Positions 60,685-64,000 of a stretch of DNA of 64,000 nt are shown piece by piece (the stretch's first letter is position 1; every line of letters begins with the position of its first letter). This stretch comes from a virus. Lineage: Duplodnaviria; Heunggongvirae; Uroviricota; Caudoviricetes. The stretch is from IMG/VR virus record IMGVR_UViG_2609459822_000013, positions 12,652 to 76,651 of that record. The stretch is one strand, 5' to 3'. The notes beneath the pieces were generated by a model. The model did not search any database. It was not told the origin of the DNA and worked only from the letters and a program-made list of their open reading frames with translations. The position numbers and the translations under genes were made by a program.

Positions 60685-61223
60685 TTTACCCAACAAATAC
60701 AGGCAAAAGCGGGGAACACCTTCGTCTCACCACGCTGGAAAGTGTCTGGATTCAGGGAAAACTGCGCATGTGGGGGCGCTGGTCGTATATTGGCGGCGGT
60801 AAGACGGGGAATATGTTCAACCAGTTGTTGGCCTCTAAAAAGCTGACAAAAACGGCAATTAACGAGGCGCTCCGGAGGATGAAAAAAGCAGGTCTGAACA
60901 AGTCTGAACTTGAGGCTTTTTTGCGGGATATGATTAACGGTAAGCAAAAGAGCTGGCTGGCGCATTGTACTGATGCAGAGGCGTTATGTATTGATCGGGT
61001 CATAAGTGAGGTGCTGGCAGAGCATCCAGGATTGATTAGCGTCCTTCGGCAACGGTATGAGGGGCGGGGGATGACCAAACGCAAAATGGCTGAATTGCTA
61101 AATGATGCACACCCAGAGTGGTGTTTTAGCACATGCGAAAAGCGAATTGCTAATTGGTTGGCCGTTGCTGAGTATGCGCTATACATTCCCATGCGAGAAT
61201 CATTCGCTCAAAAAACGGCTTGA
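60681..61223 (+). CDS. Late-gene antiterminator Q-like protein
   Basis: Internal ATG (MIYPTNTGK); WGRW motif near N-terminus; followed by promoter-like region, terminator, tRNAs and lysis genes. Confidence 0.5.
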   Translation: MIYPTNTGKSGEHLRLTTLESVWIQGKLRMWGRWSYIGGGKTGNMFNQLLASKKLTKTAINEALRRMKKAGLNKSELEAFLRDMINGKQKSWLAHCTDAEALCIDRVISEVLAEHPGLISVLRQRYEGRGMTKRKMAELLNDAHPEWCFSTCEKRIANWLAVAEYALYIPMRESFAQKTA

Positions 61224-61308
61224 TTTTTTACGCATAAACTGCTTCAATTTTGCTACGCTTCGCAAAGCTGTATCGCGAGGCGAATCAAGCGCAATTAAAC
61301 TTTAATAG

Positions 61309-61336
61309 AACCCGCCATCGAGCGGGTTTTGTTGTT
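61309..61336 (+). terminator. Rho-independent terminator ~90 nt downstream of the Q-like gene (tR'-like)
   Basis: aacccgc-catcga-gcgggtt hairpin followed by a T-rich run. Confidence 0.45.
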
Positions 61337-61576
61337 TCTGTGGTGTGATATCAGAAACGACATTTAATCATCGCCTTCAAAATAAATTTATTTATATGTT
61401 GTTGTATATATTTTAAGTGAAAGTGAATTATTCACATAAAATAAAAACATATAAATAAATTTACATAACTTGACGCAAAGTGTTGTTGCGATTGGAATAT
61501 TAAATCGTATTATCGAAAACGGTTCTGAGGGGGAACTCTTCTTTGCTCGGTGATATCGCTCCCCTGAAGAACCAAT

Positions 61577-61652
<76 letters not shown>

Positions 61653-61655
61653 TAT

Positions 61656-61730
<75 letters not shown>

Positions 61731-62090
61731 GAGAAACAAGCCTTATTGTATCGTGGCACTGGCGTATTTTTTATTACGTGGGGTGGGTTGTTTTAAAAAG
61801 ACAATCCGTTCTCTGACTATGATTGGAGGTCGGTTGTAGTCACAGTGCTAATTTTTTTACGGCAGCAGAATGGTGCATTATCGGTGGAGATTTTGTATTT
61901 CCTGGCAGGGTCGGTGATGCATCATTCTGGTGTTGTAAAAGCACCGCAGAGGTGTTCCTCAGTGCGAGGGTGGTTTAGATAGTGGTTTGGCGGGGAATCA
62001 CAATATCTGTTGTAGAGATGGATATTTCGGGAGGCACCCGACACCTCGATTCTTATTACAATAAAATGATTTATCTCATGCAGTGACCAA

Positions 62091-62114
62091 CCGCCATATT
62101 TGGCGGTTTTTTTT
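62091..62114 (+). terminator. Rho-independent terminator
   Basis: ccgcca-tatt-tggcgg hairpin followed by T8. Confidence 0.5.
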
Positions 62115-62504
62115 ATTCCTTCCTCAGGACAAAAAAAGACACGAGCATCCTGGAATACTCGTGGGACAAAGTCCTTTAGATAGCAATTTGCGAGAGGGTG
62201 AAAAAGTAGCGCGGTCGTCGGATTAAGACCGCGGGACAAAGTCCATGAAGAATAATAAGTATTGGCCCCCTTCTGGGGACATGTTCATACTACTAAGCTT
62301 CAGAAGTGGTTTAAATCATCAAATTGACCTTAATTTTCGATAAGTCTTATTTCATTTCTTTGCGCCACATCTGGCGCGCATCAAATAACGCCACGCAAAG
62401 GGCATCTGCGGATGCCGGTGCTTTTGACGGGGTGTTTTTTACGGGCCGCTGGTGGCCATTTTTTGTTTCCATTACACAGCGCCCGCATCTGCGAGGTGGG
62501 GGTT

Positions 62505-62720
62505 ATGAAATCCATGGATAAGTTAACAACGGGTGTCGCCTATGGCACCTCCGCAGGCAGTGCTGGCTACTGGTTTTTACAGTTGCTCGATAGAGTAACT
62601 CCGTCACAGTGGGCTGCAATCGGTGTGCTGGGTAGTCTGGTATTTGGCCTGCTGACGTACCTGACAAACCTTTATTTCAAGATTAAAGAAGATAAGCGCA
62701 AGGCTGCGAGAGGTGAATAA
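62505..62720 (+). CDS. essD: Pinholin, S21 family, with dual-start motif
   Basis: 71 aa from MKSMDK; matches the S21/EssD sequence as I recall it; track ORF starts further upstream in frame. Confidence 0.8.
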   Translation: MKSMDKLTTGVAYGTSAGSAGYWFLQLLDRVTPSQWAAIGVLGSLVFGLLTYLTNLYFKIKEDKRKAARGE

Positions 62721-63217
62721 TGCCTCCATCATTACGAAAAGCCGTTGCTGCTGCTATTGGTGGCGGAGCAATTGCTATAGCATCAGTGTTAATCACTGGC
62801 CCAAGTGGTAACGATGGTCTGGAAGGTGTCAGCTACATACCATATAAAGATATCGTTGGTGTATGGACTGTATGTCACGGACACACCGGAAAAGACATCA
62901 TTCCCGGTAAAACGTATACCGAAGCAGAATGCAAAGCCCTCCTGAATAAAGACCTTGCCACGGTCGCCAGACAAATTAACCCGTACATCAAAGTCGATAT
63001 ACCGGAAACAACGCGCGGCGCTCTTTACTCATTCGTTTACAACGTGGGTGCTGGCAATTTCAGAACATCGACGCTTCTTCGCAAAATAAACCAGGGCGAT
63101 ATCAAAGGCGCATGTGATCAGCTACGTCGCTGGACATATGCTGGCGGTAAGCAATGGAAAGGTCTCATGACTCGTCGTGAGATTGAGCGTGAAATCTGTT
63201 TGTGGGGTCAGCAATGA
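62720..63217 (+). CDS. rrrD: SAR endolysin (lysozyme)
   Basis: 165 aa; N-terminal SAR domain ([18 protein letters not shown]); lysozyme E/D/T triad. Confidence 0.85.
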   Translation: MPPSLRKAVAAAIGGGAIAIASVLITGPSGNDGLEGVSYIPYKDIVGVWTVCHGHTGKDIIPGKTYTEAECKALLNKDLATVARQINPYIKVDIPETTRGALYSFVYNVGAGNFRTSTLLRKINQGDIKGACDQLRRWTYAGGKQWKGLMTRREIEREICLWGQQ

Positions 63218-63675
63218 ACAGAGTAACCGCGATTATCTCCGCTCTGGTTATCTGCATCATCGTCTGCCTGTCATGGGCTGTTAATCATTACCGTGATAAC
63301 GCCATTACCTACAAAGCCCAGCGCGACAAAAATGCCAGAGAACTGAAGCTGGCGAACGCGGCAATTACTGACATGCAGATGCGTCAGCGTGATGTTGCTG
63401 CGCTCGATGCAAAATACACGAAGGAGTTAGCTGATGCGAAAGCTGAAAATGATGCTCTGCGTGATGATGTTGCCGCTGGTCGTCGTCGGTTGCACATCAA
63501 AGCAGTCTGTCAGTCAGTGCGTGAAGCCACCACCGCCTCCGGCGTGGATAATGCAGCCTCCCCCCGACTGGCAGACACCGCTGAACGGGATTATTTCACC
63601 CTCAGAGAGAGGCTGATCACGATGCAAAAACAACTGGAAGGAACCCAGAAGTATATTAATGAGCAGTGCAGATAG
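63214..63675 (+). CDS. rzpD: Rz-like i-spanin
   Basis: Internal ATG (MNRVTAI) overlapping the endolysin stop; transmembrane segment plus coiled coil. Confidence 0.75.
   Translation: MNRVTAIISALVICIIVCLSWAVNHYRDNAITYKAQRDKNARELKLANAAITDMQMRQRDVAALDAKYTKELADAKAENDALRDDVAAGRRRLHIKAVCQSVREATTASGVDNAASPRLADTAERDYFTLRERLITMQKQLEGTQKYINEQCR
63434..63616 (+). CDS. rzoD: Rz1-like o-spanin lipoprotein
   Basis: 60 aa embedded in Rz; lipobox VVGC; polyproline stretch. Confidence 0.75.
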   Translation: MRKLKMMLCVMMLPLVVVGCTSKQSVSQCVKPPPPPAWIMQPPPDWQTPLNGIISPSERG

Positions 63676-63706
63676 AGCTGCCCATATCGATGGGCAACTC
63701 ATGCAA

Positions 63707-64000
63707 TTATTGTGAGCAATACACACGCGCTTCCAGCGGAGTATAAATGCCTAAAGTAATAAAACCGAGAAATCCATTTACGAATGTTTGCTGGGTTTCT
63801 GTTTTAACAACATTTTCTGCGCCGCCACAAATTTTGGCTGCATCAACAGTTTTCTCCTGTCCAATTCCCGAAACGAAGAAATGATGGGTGATGGTTTCCT
63901 TTGGTGTTACTGCTGTCGGTTTGTTTCCAACAGTAAACGTCTGTTGAGCACATCCTGTAATAAGCATTGCCAGAGCGGCAGAAAACAACATTTTTTTCAT
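63707..64000 (-). CDS. borD: Bor lipoprotein (serum-resistance family)
   Basis: 97 aa; lipoprotein signal (LITGC); position after Rz; 5' end coincides with the window end. Confidence 0.8.
   Translation of the reverse strand: MKKMLFSAALAMLITGCAQQTFTVGNKPTAVTPKETITHHFFVSGIGQEKTVDAAKICGGAENVVKTETQQTFVNGFLGFITLGIYTPLEARVYCSQ

Noticed and set aside
61922-62239. 105-aa minus-strand ORF between the tRNAs and the pinholin
   Set aside because: Overlaps a terminator and the repeated GGGACAAAGTCC motifs; no RBS; the region looks regulatory rather than coding.

Overview
The window contains two prophages in tandem, separated by a short chromosomal segment. (1) Positions 1 to ~39950 are the right arm of a lambdoid siphovirus-type prophage, all on the + strand: DNA methyltransferases, NinG, RusA, a block of about 20 small early ORFs, a holin / SAR-endolysin / Rz-Rz1 lysis cassette, a tandem array of nine miniature membrane-peptide ORFs, terminase, portal, head, tail, tape measure, gpM/L/K/I/J-like tail tip and a tail fiber. 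Its integrase side lies upstream of the window. Four antisense 'moron' insertions interrupt the tail module. (2) Positions 40342-44240 are the core genes zntB, dbpA and ttcA. (3) Positions 44292 to the window end are a Rac-family prophage: intR, xis, ralR, recT/recE, racC, kilR, racR, ydaS/T/U/V, then a nin-like region with ybcO and a Q-like antiterminator, tRNA-Thr and tRNA-Gly, and a DLP12-like lysis cassette with bor. The strongest candidate for an accessory system is an AT-rich two-gene island in prophage 2 (55988-59381) encoding an AAA+ ATPase and a cytoplasmic S8 subtilase, which matches the architecture I recall for the IetAS anti-phage system. The most unusual unexplained structure is the nine-ORF array of 21-35 aa hydrophobic peptides (13326-14080). 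All calls rest on reading the sequence and on recalled family motifs; no database search or structure prediction was run.
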